From positions 672,001 through 736,000 of the forward strand of contig CAVVEU010000024.1 of the NCBI GenBank assembly GCA_963747235.1: a DNA stretch of 64,000 nucleotides, written 5' to 3'. Both the position numbers and the translations under genes were made by a program. Positions 52,821 through 61,226 of the stretch are shown here, piece by piece. The first letter of the stretch is position 1; each line of letters opens with the position of its first letter. The notes beneath the pieces were generated by a model that was not told the origin of the DNA, did not search any database, and saw only the letters and a program-made list of their open reading frames with translations. This DNA is from an uncultured Candidatus Rokubacteria bacterium. Its GTDB lineage: Bacteria > Methylomirabilota > Methylomirabilia > Rokubacteriales > CSP1-6.

Positions 52821-54008
52821 GTGGACTTCAAGCTATCCGCCACGGAGGTGGTCTTCCGGGACGCGCTGCGCGCCTGGCTCGCGGAGCACTGCCCGACGGA
52901 CTGGGAGAGGAGCCGGCAGGCGCTGAGCCGCGAGACCCGGGCGGAGGCCCTCATCGGCTGGCAGCGACAGCTCTACGCGGCTGGCTACGTGGGACTGCAC
53001 TGGTCGGTGGCCTACGGCGGCCGCGGGGGCAGCGTGATGGAGCAGGCCATCTTCTACGAGGAGATGGCCCGGGCGCGCGCTCCCGAGCTCGCCAACGCGA
53101 TCGGCCTCGACATGGCCGGCCCCGCCATCATGGTCCACGGCACGGAGGACCAGAAGCACCTCCACTTGCCGCGCATCCTGGCCGCCGAGCACATCTTCTG
53201 TCAGGGGTTCTCCGAGCCCGGCGCGGGAAGCGACCTGGCCTCGCTCGGAACGCGAGCCGAGCGCAGACCGGGCACCTACGTGCTCACCGGGCAGAAGGTG
53301 TGGACCTCCTTTGCGCACTACGCGAACTGGTGCACGGTCCTGGCGCGCACCGATCCGGCCGCCCCGCGGCACCGGGGACTGACTTACTTCCTGGTGGACA
53401 TGACGAGCCCCGGCTTCACGGTGCGCCCGCTGCGCCAGATGAGCGGCGACAGCGAGTTCAGCGAGATCTACCTGGACGGCGTCGAGGTGCCGGAGGGCAA
53501 CGTGCTGGGCCGCGAGCACGGCGGCTGGGAGGTGGCGATCACGACCCTCATGTTCGAGCGCGGGCCTCGGACGCTCACGCGTCAGCTCATTCTTCGCCAG
53601 GGCCTGGCAGAGCTGCTCGATCTCGCCCGGAAGCCCACCCGCGCGGGTCCGCCCGCCGCCCGGGATCCGCTTGTACGGCAGCGGCTGGCCCAGCTCTACA
53701 TCGACACGGAGACGCTGCGATACGCGAACCTGCGGGTCCTCACCCAGCTCGTGAAGGGGGAGCCGGCGGGACCGGCGGGCTCGGCCTCGAAGCTGTTCTT
53801 CAGCGAGACCTGGCAGAAGGTCGCCGAGCTGGGGCTCGAGTTGCAGGGTGCCTATGCCACGCTCTGGGCGGGCAGCGAGTGGGCGGTGGACGACGGGCGC
53901 TGGCAGTACCGCGCCCTCCGCTCCCGCGGGAACACGATCCAGGGCGGGACGTCGGAGATCATGCGCAATATCCTCGCCGAACGCGTCCTCGGGCTGCCCA
54001 AGGACTAG
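52821..54008 (+). CDS. Acyl-CoA dehydrogenase family protein (FadE17/FadE26-like)
   Basis: FCQGFSEPGAGSDLASL, GQKVWTS, VRPLRQMSG..EFSE, TIQGGTSEIMRNILAER. Confidence 0.93.
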   Translation: MDFKLSATEVVFRDALRAWLAEHCPTDWERSRQALSRETRAEALIGWQRQLYAAGYVGLHWSVAYGGRGGSVMEQAIFYEEMARARAPELANAIGLDMAGPAIMVHGTEDQKHLHLPRILAAEHIFCQGFSEPGAGSDLASLGTRAERRPGTYVLTGQKVWTSFAHYANWCTVLARTDPAAPRHRGLTYFLVDMTSPGFTVRPLRQMSGDSEFSEIYLDGVEVPEGNVLGREHGGWEVAITTLMFERGPRTLTRQLILRQGLAELLDLARKPTRAGPPAARDPLVRQRLAQLYIDTETLRYANLRVLTQLVKGEPAGPAGSASKLFFSETWQKVAELGLELQGAYATLWAGSEWAVDDGRWQYRALRSRGNTIQGGTSEIMRNILAERVLGLPKD

Positions 54009-54040
54009 GTCGCGCACTATTTCTGACTGGAGGGACTACC

Positions 54041-54559
54041 ATGGCCTTCAAGCATCTGCTCGTACCGACGGACTTTTCCGAGCCCGCGAACAGCGCGTTG
54101 CGCTACGCGATCGAGGAAGCGACACTCCACCATGCCACGGTGACGTTGCTCCACGTGCTCCCGACGGACACGCGGACGGACGTCCACTATGTCACCGGGG
54201 CGCCGGTTCCGGGGCCACAGGGCGACTTCGATCCGGTAGCCGGGGGTCGGGTCGGTGGCTCGCCTCTTCTGTCGCAACCGGAGGTTGTACGCCGTGACCT
54301 TGGCGAGGAAGCGCTGACACAGCTCCGCGACCTCATTGCGAATGCCTTCCAGGGCCAATGGGAAGTCGAGGTCGCCATGGGGCACCCGGCGGAGACCATC
54401 GTCCGCGTCGCCCAGGAGCGTAGCGCGGATCTCATTGTCATGAGCACGCATGGCCGCACCGGTCTTCAGCATGTGCTCTTGGGCAGTGTGGCCGAGAAAG
54501 TGGTGCGGCTGGCTCCGTGCCCGGTACTGACGGTCAAGCACCAGACAGCGCCAGCCTAG
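54041..54559 (+). CDS. Universal stress protein (UspA family)
   Basis: FKHLLVPTDFS, GHPAETI, DLIVMSTHGRTG, LGSVAEKVVR.APCPVLTV. Confidence 0.93.
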   Translation: MAFKHLLVPTDFSEPANSALRYAIEEATLHHATVTLLHVLPTDTRTDVHYVTGAPVPGPQGDFDPVAGGRVGGSPLLSQPEVVRRDLGEEALTQLRDLIANAFQGQWEVEVAMGHPAETIVRVAQERSADLIVMSTHGRTGLQHVLLGSVAEKVVRLAPCPVLTVKHQTAPA

Positions 54560-54593
54560 GATACGCTCGTCGACGGGATCCTGGAGGCCGGGC

Positions 54594-55049
54594 CTACGGC
54601 GCGGGAGGCCGGCGCCGGTCAGCGACGTGCAGCGAGTCAGGCCACTGGTAGCGGAAGTACGCGTCCAGGCAGTGGCGACCGCAGGCGATGTCGGTCGGTT
54701 CGTCGAACGCCGTGCAGCGGTTCACGCCGGTGATGCGCCCGGGCAACAGCAGGCGCGGCACGGTCTCGAACTCGACCTCGACCTCATGCTGCTTGATCCG
54801 GCACCAGAAGTGACGCCGGCACGTTCCGCTGCTGGCGCAAGGCCGCCGGCTCGCGCGGGCTCGGCGGCGTGCCAGCGAGGCACCTCGGCCTCGGGGCTCA
54901 TGCCCCGCGCAGCATCGTCGGCACGCCCCGCGTCCGGAGCGCGCAGCCGCATGGCGCGCCTGAAGCTCTGCGCGCCGTCGGCGTGCAGATGATCTCCTCC
55001 TCACGATGACCGTCGCGAGCACGATCAGCGCTCTGACCACCAGTGCCAT
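54594..55049 (-). CDS. Small hypothetical protein with an N-terminal hydrophobic segment and a 4-Cys C-terminal domain; likely indels
   Basis: MALVVRALIVLATVIV...RHFWC..EVEVEF..RCTAFDEPTDIACGRHCLD; RBS GGGGGGCGGA-like. Confidence 0.5.
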   Translation of the reverse strand: MALVVRALIVLATVIVRRRSSARRRRAELQARHAAARSGRGACRRCCAGHEPRGRGASLARRRARASRRPCASSGTCRRHFWCRIKQHEVEVEFETVPRLLLPGRITGVNRCTAFDEPTDIACGRHCLDAYFRYQWPDSLHVADRRRPPAP

Positions 55050-55208
55050 TGTCCGCCCCCCGTCAACGAATCCGGCCGGTCGCCCTGAGCCACCCCTCGC
55101 CCTGAAGTCCGAGACTGGATCGCCCCGGCTGGGGCCTGGATGCCCCAATAGGGCTCGCTGTGGCCCACCTCTTCGCTGAGTTCCCCGAGGGTTAGATCGC
55201 CGCGGCTC

Positions 55209-55230
55209 TGGCACAGGGCATGCTCTGTGC
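55209..55230 (+). promoter_or_regulatory. Sigma54 (-24/-12)-like promoter overlapped by a dyad
   Basis: TGGCACAGGGCATGCT has GG-N10-GC spacing; near-palindrome gcacagggca/tgctctgtgc at 55211-55230. Confidence 0.55.
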
Positions 55231-55355
55231 TCTCTCCCGAGTCAGGAGCGCAAGGGAAAGCTCGCAGAGTGCCGGGGCTGTGAGGCCAGCCCGGAACGCC
55301 GCGATATCGAGTTGTGCCCGCGCCGTGATGCGCGGGCGGGAGAAAGGGGGATGTG

Positions 55356-56389
55356 ATGAAGCTTCCTTCGAAGTGGGTCCTCTCGGTGTCTGCGGTCGCG
55401 CTGGGGGTGGCCCTGGGACTGACCGTAGGAGCCGGCGATGCCCAGCAGAAGAATCAGCTGACGGCCAAGAAGGTTGCGGCGGCGCCGTCGCTGGATGGGG
55501 CGATGGACGCGAGCTGGCAGGGAGCCGCTCCGATGACCGTCAAGGTGCTCGGCGGGCGCGGGCTTCAGAACGGCTCGACCGAGGTGTCCGTCCGCGCCGT
55601 CTACACGGCCGACACCGTCTACTTCCTCATGCAGTACAAGGACGAGACCAACAGCATCCGGCGCGAGCCCTGGCAGAAGCAGGCCGACGGCTCGTGGAAG
55701 AAGCTCGACGGATCCGAGCGACAAGGGAGGCGACAACAACCTCTACTACGAGGACAAGTGGGCGGTGATCTGGAACATCAGCTCGCCCAGCCTTCGAGCA
55801 GCGCGGGTGCTTCTCCGCCTGCCACACCGGCGAAGGCAAGCCCTTCGGCAACAAGTACACCCCGAACGCCGGCGAGCGCCTCGACATGTGGCACATGAAG
55901 GGCGTCCGCACGGGCACCGTCGACCAGGTCGACGACCAGTACGTGGACAGCACCCGCTACGACAAGGACAAGGCCGCGGAGGCGGGCCGCAAGTCGGATC
56001 CCAACACGGGCGGTGGTTACATGAACAACGTGAGCGACGACAAGAAGGCCCCGAAGTTCGCACTCCCGGGGAACAAGTCCGCGCCGCCATACTGGATCAT
56101 GGGCAGCGAGAAGGAGCCGTTCGACGACTCCAAGTACAAGGCCGGCGACGAGGTCCCCGGGATCATCGTGGCCCCGTTCACCGGGGACCGCGGCGACATC
56201 TCGGCCAAGGTCATGTACAAGGACGGAGTGCGCACCAGCGTGTTCTGGCGGAAGCTCGTGACGGGCAGCGAGTACGACGTGCAGTTCAGCGATCTCAAGA
56301 AGGAGTACGCGTTCGGCGTGGCCGTGTTCGACAACGCCCAGGTGCGTCACGCCTATTCACCGGGTGTCTTGAAGATGAAGTTCGAGTAA
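55356..56389 (+). CDS. Periplasmic EB_dh (ethylbenzene dehydrogenase gamma / DOMON-like) cytochrome; indels near 55715 and 55790
   Basis: Signal peptide, APSLDG..DASW, VYFLMQYKD, YYEDKWAVIW, GCFSACH, LDMWHMKG, FGVAVFDNAQVRH. Confidence 0.82.
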
Positions 56390-56440
56390 GCGTGCGGTTG
56401 GCGGGCGGTGAAACGCCGGGGAGGCCGATCGACCCACGGA

Positions 56441-56487
56441 AATGAAGCGGCTGCTTCATTGCGGGTGGGCGGGCGGCAGGCTAGCCT
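56441..56487 (+). promoter_or_regulatory. Promoter with an overlapping operator palindrome, with no obvious downstream protein gene
   Basis: TTGCGG (56459-64), 17 nt, TAGCCT (56482-87); dyad aatgaagc-ggct-gcttcatt at 56441-56460. Confidence 0.45.
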
Positions 56488-56493
56488 GTGAGT

Positions 56494-56734
56494 GTGAGGG
56501 AGGTGAGCATCTCCTTCAGCGCGGTGAACCTCAACCAGGGAGGCTCGATGGAGGGGATTCCACCCGACCGGACCGGGCACCGCCGGGCTTGAGGACGCTG
56601 GCGGTGCCGGGACAGCAGCGAGGTCTCGGCAGTCCATAGATCCCGGCGCACGCCGGGACGCGGCGACCAAGGCGCCGCATGAGAACCGCCCGGTGCACGG
56701 GGTCAGCACTCCCCGTGACACCGGGCACTTTTTT
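56494..56734 (+). ncRNA. Candidate ~240-nt structured small RNA
   Basis: Lies between the promoter-like element and a terminator; chain of hairpins; no long ORF with host codon usage. Confidence 0.3.
56688..56734 (+). terminator. Rho-independent terminator
   Basis: gcccggtg-cacgggg...ccccgtg-a-caccgggc followed by ac-TTTTTT. Confidence 0.7.
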
Positions 56735-56840
56735 GCGATCCTGGCCGCCGGCGAGCGTCCCGGGTAGCCAGGTCGGCACCTTCGAGGCGTTGGGCTGGAG
56801 CGTGTGACGGTTCCCGGGGGCGCATGCTATCTTGCCTTTC

Positions 56841-56879
56841 GTGTTTGCCTCTCCCGGCGCCATCGCGATCGAGCTCGGC
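56841..56879 (+). repeat. Duplicate of the first 13 codons of lgt
   Basis: 35/39 nt identical to 56992-57030. Confidence 0.8.
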
Positions 56880-56991
56880 CCTGACCCGGTTCATTCGCTC
56901 GCCTGGCCGAGCGCCGGGCGAGCCACTAGCCTCGCCGCCGCACGATCGCGCCTGGCGTCGATGGCGCTGACGCCGTGGTATCGTGCAGGGC

Positions 56992-57843
56992 GTGTTTGCC
57001 TCGCCCGGCGCCATCGCGTTCGAGTTCAGCGTGCTCCAGATCCGGTGGTACGGCATCCTCATGGCCACCGCGATCCTGGTGGGCTTCTGGCTCGCCCACC
57101 GGCGCGCGCTCCAGGAGGGCTTGCCGGCCGACCAGCTCGTGCGCGCCGCGCAGTGGGCGGTGGTGGCGGGCCTGGCGGGCGCGCGCCTCTACGAGGTGGC
57201 CTTCAACTGGGACTACTACGGCCGGTATCCGGGGAAGATCATCGCGGTCTGGGAGGGTGGGCTCGCCATGCACGGCGGCCTCATCGTGGGCCCGCTCGTC
57301 GGCGCGTGGCTCGCGAGGCGGTGGGGCGTGCCGGTGCTCCGCGCGCTGGACGTCGTCGCGCCCAGCACGATCCTGGGCCAGGCCATCGGCCGCTGGGGCA
57401 ACTTCTTCAACGAGGAGGCGTTCGGGGCGCCCACGGATCTGCCGTGGAAGCTCTACATCTCGCCGAGCCACCGGCCGGTCGAGTTCCGGCAGGTCGACTT
57501 CTTCCACCCCACGTTCCTCTACGAGTCGCTGTGGAACCTGCTGGTGTTCGCGCTGCTCGTGCGCTGGATCCGGCCCCGGGTCGGCCGGTATCCCGGGGCG
57601 GTCTTCTTCGCCTACGTCGGGCTGTACTCGGTGGGCCGGTTCGCGATCGAATCGGTGCGGCTCGACAGCTTCTGGATCGGGTCGTTCCGGGTGGGACAGC
57701 TCGCGAGCGTGGCGGGCGTGCTGGTGGCGGCGGCGGGGATCCGCTGGGCCCTGCGGCGGCCGCCGATCGAGGCGGCGCCGGCCGCGGCCGCGCCGGCTAC
57801 GGGTAAAGGCCGCGGGAAACGTGGGCGTCGGCCACCCGGCTGA
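56992..57843 (+). CDS. lgt: Prolipoprotein diacylglyceryl transferase
   Basis: IRWYGI, GARLY, WEGGLAMHGG, QAIGRWGNFFNEEAFG, HPTFLYESLWN. Confidence 0.95.
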   Translation: MFASPGAIAFEFSVLQIRWYGILMATAILVGFWLAHRRALQEGLPADQLVRAAQWAVVAGLAGARLYEVAFNWDYYGRYPGKIIAVWEGGLAMHGGLIVGPLVGAWLARRWGVPVLRALDVVAPSTILGQAIGRWGNFFNEEAFGAPTDLPWKLYISPSHRPVEFRQVDFFHPTFLYESLWNLLVFALLVRWIRPRVGRYPGAVFFAYVGLYSVGRFAIESVRLDSFWIGSFRVGQLASVAGVLVAAAGIRWALRRPPIEAAPAAAAPATGKGRGKRGRRPPG

Positions 57844-59059
57844 TGCCCTCCATCAGCGCGCCGGTCCGGAGGTCCACGCCGTTCTTCTGGGCGGTGCGCC
57901 ACACGCTGGTGAACGACCGCGCCATGATCTCCTGCAGGCGCGCGATGATCTCGCTCTCCTTCCAGAAGTAGTACTGCAGGCCCTGCACCCACTCGAAGTA
58001 CGACACCACCACCCCGCCCGCGTTGCACAGGATGTCCGGGATCACGGTCACCCCGCGGTCGCGCAGGATGGTGTCGGCCTCGGGCGTGGTCGGCCCGTTG
58101 GCGGCCTCCGCGATGATGCCGGCCTTGATGCGATCGGCGTTGCGCGCGTGGATGACCGAGTCCACCGCGGCGGGGATCAGCACGTCGCACGGCTGCTCCA
58201 GGATGGCCTCGTTGCTCACCGGCTCGGTGCCCGGGAAGCCGACGACGCTGCCGGTCTTGGCCACGTGGTCCTGGAGCTGGCGGACGTCGATGCCGCTCGG
58301 ATTCCACACCCCGCCCTTGACGTCGCTGATGCCCGCGATCGTGCACCCGTCGTTCCACAGGAGGCGGGCGGCCACGCTGCCCACGTTGCCGAAACCCTGG
58401 ATGACGATCTTCTTGCCCCGCAGCTCCTGGCCCAGGCTCTTGACCGCCTGGTAGAGCACGAAGACGATGCCGCGCCCGGTGGCCTCGCGCCGGCCCGCGG
58501 AGCCGCCCACGATGATCGGCTTGCCGGTGACCACGCCGGGCACGCTCTTGCCCTGGGTCATCGAGTAGGTGTCCATCATCCACGCCATGGTCTGCTCGTC
58601 GGTGCCGAGGTCGGGGGCGGGGATGTCGAGATCGGGGCCGATCATGTGGATGATCTCGGTGGTGTAGCGGCGGGTGAGGTGCTCCAGCTCGCGCGGGGAG
58701 AGCTCGCGCGGGTTGCAGCGCACGCCGCCCTTGGCCCCGCCGTAGGGCAGGCCCATCAGGGCGCACTTCCAGCTCATCAGCATCGCGAGGGCGGTCACCT
58801 CGCCCAGGTTGACCCCGAGGTCGTAGCGCAGGCCGCCCTTGGTGGGGCCGAGCGCGGTGTTGTGGTGCACCCGGTAGCCGATGAACACCTCGGTGTCGCC
58901 GCGGTCCATGCGGATCGGCACCGAGACCACGAGGGCCCGGCGCGGGAAGCGCAGCCGCTCGTGGATGTCGGAATCGAGCGCGAGCCGGGTCGCGACGCGA
59001 TCGAGCTGGGCCAGCGCGGTGCGGTGCAGCTCGGAATCGAACTCGGGCGCGTCGGTCAT
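57797..59059 (-). CDS. gdhA: Glu/Leu/Phe/Val dehydrogenase (glutamate dehydrogenase-like)
   Basis: GPTKGGLRY, MSWKCA, GGAKGG, DIPAPDLGT, ATGRG, QGFGNVG, EAANGPTT, NAGGVVVSYFEW. Confidence 0.9.
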   Translation of the reverse strand: MTDAPEFDSELHRTALAQLDRVATRLALDSDIHERLRFPRRALVVSVPIRMDRGDTEVFIGYRVHHNTALGPTKGGLRYDLGVNLGEVTALAMLMSWKCALMGLPYGGAKGGVRCNPRELSPRELEHLTRRYTTEIIHMIGPDLDIPAPDLGTDEQTMAWMMDTYSMTQGKSVPGVVTGKPIIVGGSAGRREATGRGIVFVLYQAVKSLGQELRGKKIVIQGFGNVGSVAARLLWNDGCTIAGISDVKGGVWNPSGIDVRQLQDHVAKTGSVVGFPGTEPVSNEAILEQPCDVLIPAAVDSVIHARNADRIKAGIIAEAANGPTTPEADTILRDRGVTVIPDILCNAGGVVVSYFEWVQGLQYYFWKESEIIARLQEIMARSFTSVWRTAQKNGVDLRTGALMEGISRVADAHVSRGLYP

Positions 59060-61212
59060 CGGTCGAGCTCCTTGGTCCGGTGCAGGCGCAGGACGGCGAG
59101 GGAGCGGCCCTCCAGCAGGTACGGCTCGCCGGTGCGCAGGGACGGGCGCTCGGCGTCGCCGTCCCAGTCGCGCGTGTCGAGCACCGGATCCCAGGTCACG
59201 CGCGTCTCGTGGGCGGGCAGCACGAAGGGCACCGGCTCGTGGTGGGCGTTGAGGAGGATCAGGAAGGTGTCGCCGACGATGGGCTCGCCCATGTCGTCCA
59301 CCTCCTCGATGGCGTCGCCGGCCAGCCGCAGCCCGAGGCAGCGGCTGAAGCTGTTCTGCCACTCCTCGTCGGTCATCTCCTGGCCGTCGGGGCGGAACCA
59401 GGCGAGGTCCTTGACCGCCGAGCCGTGGATGCGGCGGCCCTGGAAGAACATGCGCCGGTGGAAGACCGGGTTGGCGTGCTTGAGGCGGATCAGGCGCCGG
59501 GTGAACTCGATCAGGCGCTGTCCGGTCTCGGTGGGCGGCCAGTGGAACCACGACAGCTCGGTGTCCTGGCAATAGGCGTTGTTGTTGCCCCGCTGGGTGC
59601 GGCCCATCTCGTCACCCCCCAGCAGCATGGGGATGCCCTGGGACAGGAAGAGGGTGGCGAGGAAGTTCCGGAGCTGCCGCTCGCGGAGCGCGACGATCTT
59701 GGGGTCGTCGGTGGGGCCTTCGATCCCGCAGTTCCACGAGCTGTTGTCGTCGGTGCCGTCCCGGTTGTTCTCGCCGTTGGCGAGGTTGTGCTTGTCGTTG
59801 TAGGAGACGAGGTCGGCCAGCGTGAAGCCGTCGTGGGCGGTGACGAAGTTGACGCTCGCGTAGGGCCGGCGCCCGCCCATCTCGTAGAGATCGCTCGAGC
59901 CGGTGAGACGGTAGCCGAGCTCCGCCACCTGCCCCTCGTCGCCCTTCCAGTAGCGACGGATGGTGTCGCGGTACTTGCCGTTCCACTCCGTCCACCCCAC
60001 CGGGAAATTGCCCACCTGGTAGCCGCCCTGGCCCAGGTCCCACGGCTCGGCGATGAGCTTGACCTGCGAGATCACCGGGTCCTGGTGGATCACGTCGAAG
60101 AAGGCGGAGAGCCGATCCACGTCGTGCAGCTCTCGCGCGAGCGCGGCCGCGAGGTCGAAGCGGAAGCCGTCCACGTGCATCTCGAGCACCCAGTAGCGCA
60201 GGCTGTCCATCATGAGCTGGATCGTGCGCGGGTGCCGCATGTTGAGCGTGTTGCCGGTCCCGGTGTAGTCCACGTAGAAGCGCGGGTCCTCGGGGGACAG
60301 GCGGTAGTAGGCCGCGTTGTCGATGCCGCGGAAGCAGAGCGTCGGCCCGAGGTGATTGCCCTCCGCGGTGTGGTTGTACACCACGTCGAGGATCACCTCG
60401 ATGCCCGCCCGGTGCAGCCGCTTCACCATGGTCTTGAACTCGTCCACCTGCTGGCCCCGCTGCCCCGAGGAGGAGAAGCGCGAGTCGGGGCAGAAGAAGC
60501 CGATCGAGTTGTAGCCCCAGTAGTTGGTGAACCCGCGGTCGGCCTGGTACTTCTCGGTGACCGAGTGGTGGATGGGCAGGAGCTCGACCGCGGTGACGCC
60601 GAGCTCGGTCAAGTGCCGCACCGCCGCGTCGCAGGCGAGGCCCGCGTAGGTCCCGCGCAGCTCGGGCGCCACCTCGGGGTGGAGCTTGGTGAAGCCCTTG
60701 ACGTGAACCTCGTAGATGACCGTGCGCGACCAGCGGGTGAGCGGCGGGCGGTCGTCTTCCCAGTCGAACGTCCCATCCACCACCACGCTCTTGGGCAGGT
60801 ACGGCCCGCTGTCGCGATCGTGGGGCGTGGCGTCCCCCGCGGGGTCGCCGACGCGGTAGCCGAAGAAGGCGTCCTGCCATTCGAGCGTGCCCGCGATCGC
60901 CTTCGCGTACGGGTCGAGCAGCGCCTTGGCCGGGTTGAAGCGGTGCCCCTGGGCGGGCTCGTAGGGACCGTTCACCCGGTACGCGTAGAGCGCGCCGGGG
61001 CGGACGCCCGGGACGTAGGCGTGCCAGACCTGATCGGTGCGCTGCTCGAGCCGGATCTGGCGGAGCTCCTTGCCGGGTTCGCGCTCGTCGAAGAGGCAGA
61101 GCGCCACCGCGGTGGCGTGCTCGCTGAAGAGGGCGAAGTTGACGCCGGCGCCGTCCCAGGTGGCGCCGAGCGGGTACGGCCGGCCCGGGCGGGTGCGGGG
61201 AGCGTCGGCCAT
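59056..61212 (-). CDS. glgX: Glycogen debranching enzyme (GH13)
   Basis: PYPLGATWDGAGVNFA, NYWGYN, DVVYNHTAEG, DGFRFDLA, EPWD, TAHDGFTL, GNNNAYCQD. Confidence 0.96.
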   Translation of the reverse strand: MADAPRTRPGRPYPLGATWDGAGVNFALFSEHATAVALCLFDEREPGKELRQIRLEQRTDQVWHAYVPGVRPGALYAYRVNGPYEPAQGHRFNPAKALLDPYAKAIAGTLEWQDAFFGYRVGDPAGDATPHDRDSGPYLPKSVVVDGTFDWEDDRPPLTRWSRTVIYEVHVKGFTKLHPEVAPELRGTYAGLACDAAVRHLTELGVTAVELLPIHHSVTEKYQADRGFTNYWGYNSIGFFCPDSRFSSSGQRGQQVDEFKTMVKRLHRAGIEVILDVVYNHTAEGNHLGPTLCFRGIDNAAYYRLSPEDPRFYVDYTGTGNTLNMRHPRTIQLMMDSLRYWVLEMHVDGFRFDLAAALARELHDVDRLSAFFDVIHQDPVISQVKLIAEPWDLGQGGYQVGNFPVGWTEWNGKYRDTIRRYWKGDEGQVAELGYRLTGSSDLYEMGGRRPYASVNFVTAHDGFTLADLVSYNDKHNLANGENNRDGTDDNSSWNCGIEGPTDDPKIVALRERQLRNFLATLFLSQGIPMLLGGDEMGRTQRGNNNAYCQDTELSWFHWPPTETGQRLIEFTRRLIRLKHANPVFHRRMFFQGRRIHGSAVKDLAWFRPDGQEMTDEEWQNSFSRCLGLRLAGDAIEEVDDMGEPIVGDTFLILLNAHHEPVPFVLPAHETRVTWDPVLDTRDWDGDAERPSLRTGEPYLLEGRSLAVLRLHRTKELDR

Positions 61213-61226
61213 GAGTGGGCGCGGCC

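Noticed and set aside
56392-56734. Group II intron or cobalamin riboswitch (begins GTGCG; contains cggtgaaa)
   Set aside because: No domain V (AGC triad helix), no maturase and no B12-box. Kept only as an unknown sRNA candidate.
52336-56830. Genomic island or mobile element
   Set aside because: Composition looks slightly different, but no integrase, transposase, tRNA or flanking direct repeats bounding the segment were found.
57797-57843. 47-bp convergent overlap of lgt and gdh as an antisense mechanism
   Set aside because: Short 3' overlaps are common in GC-rich genomes, and the lgt tail is low-complexity and may reflect an indel.
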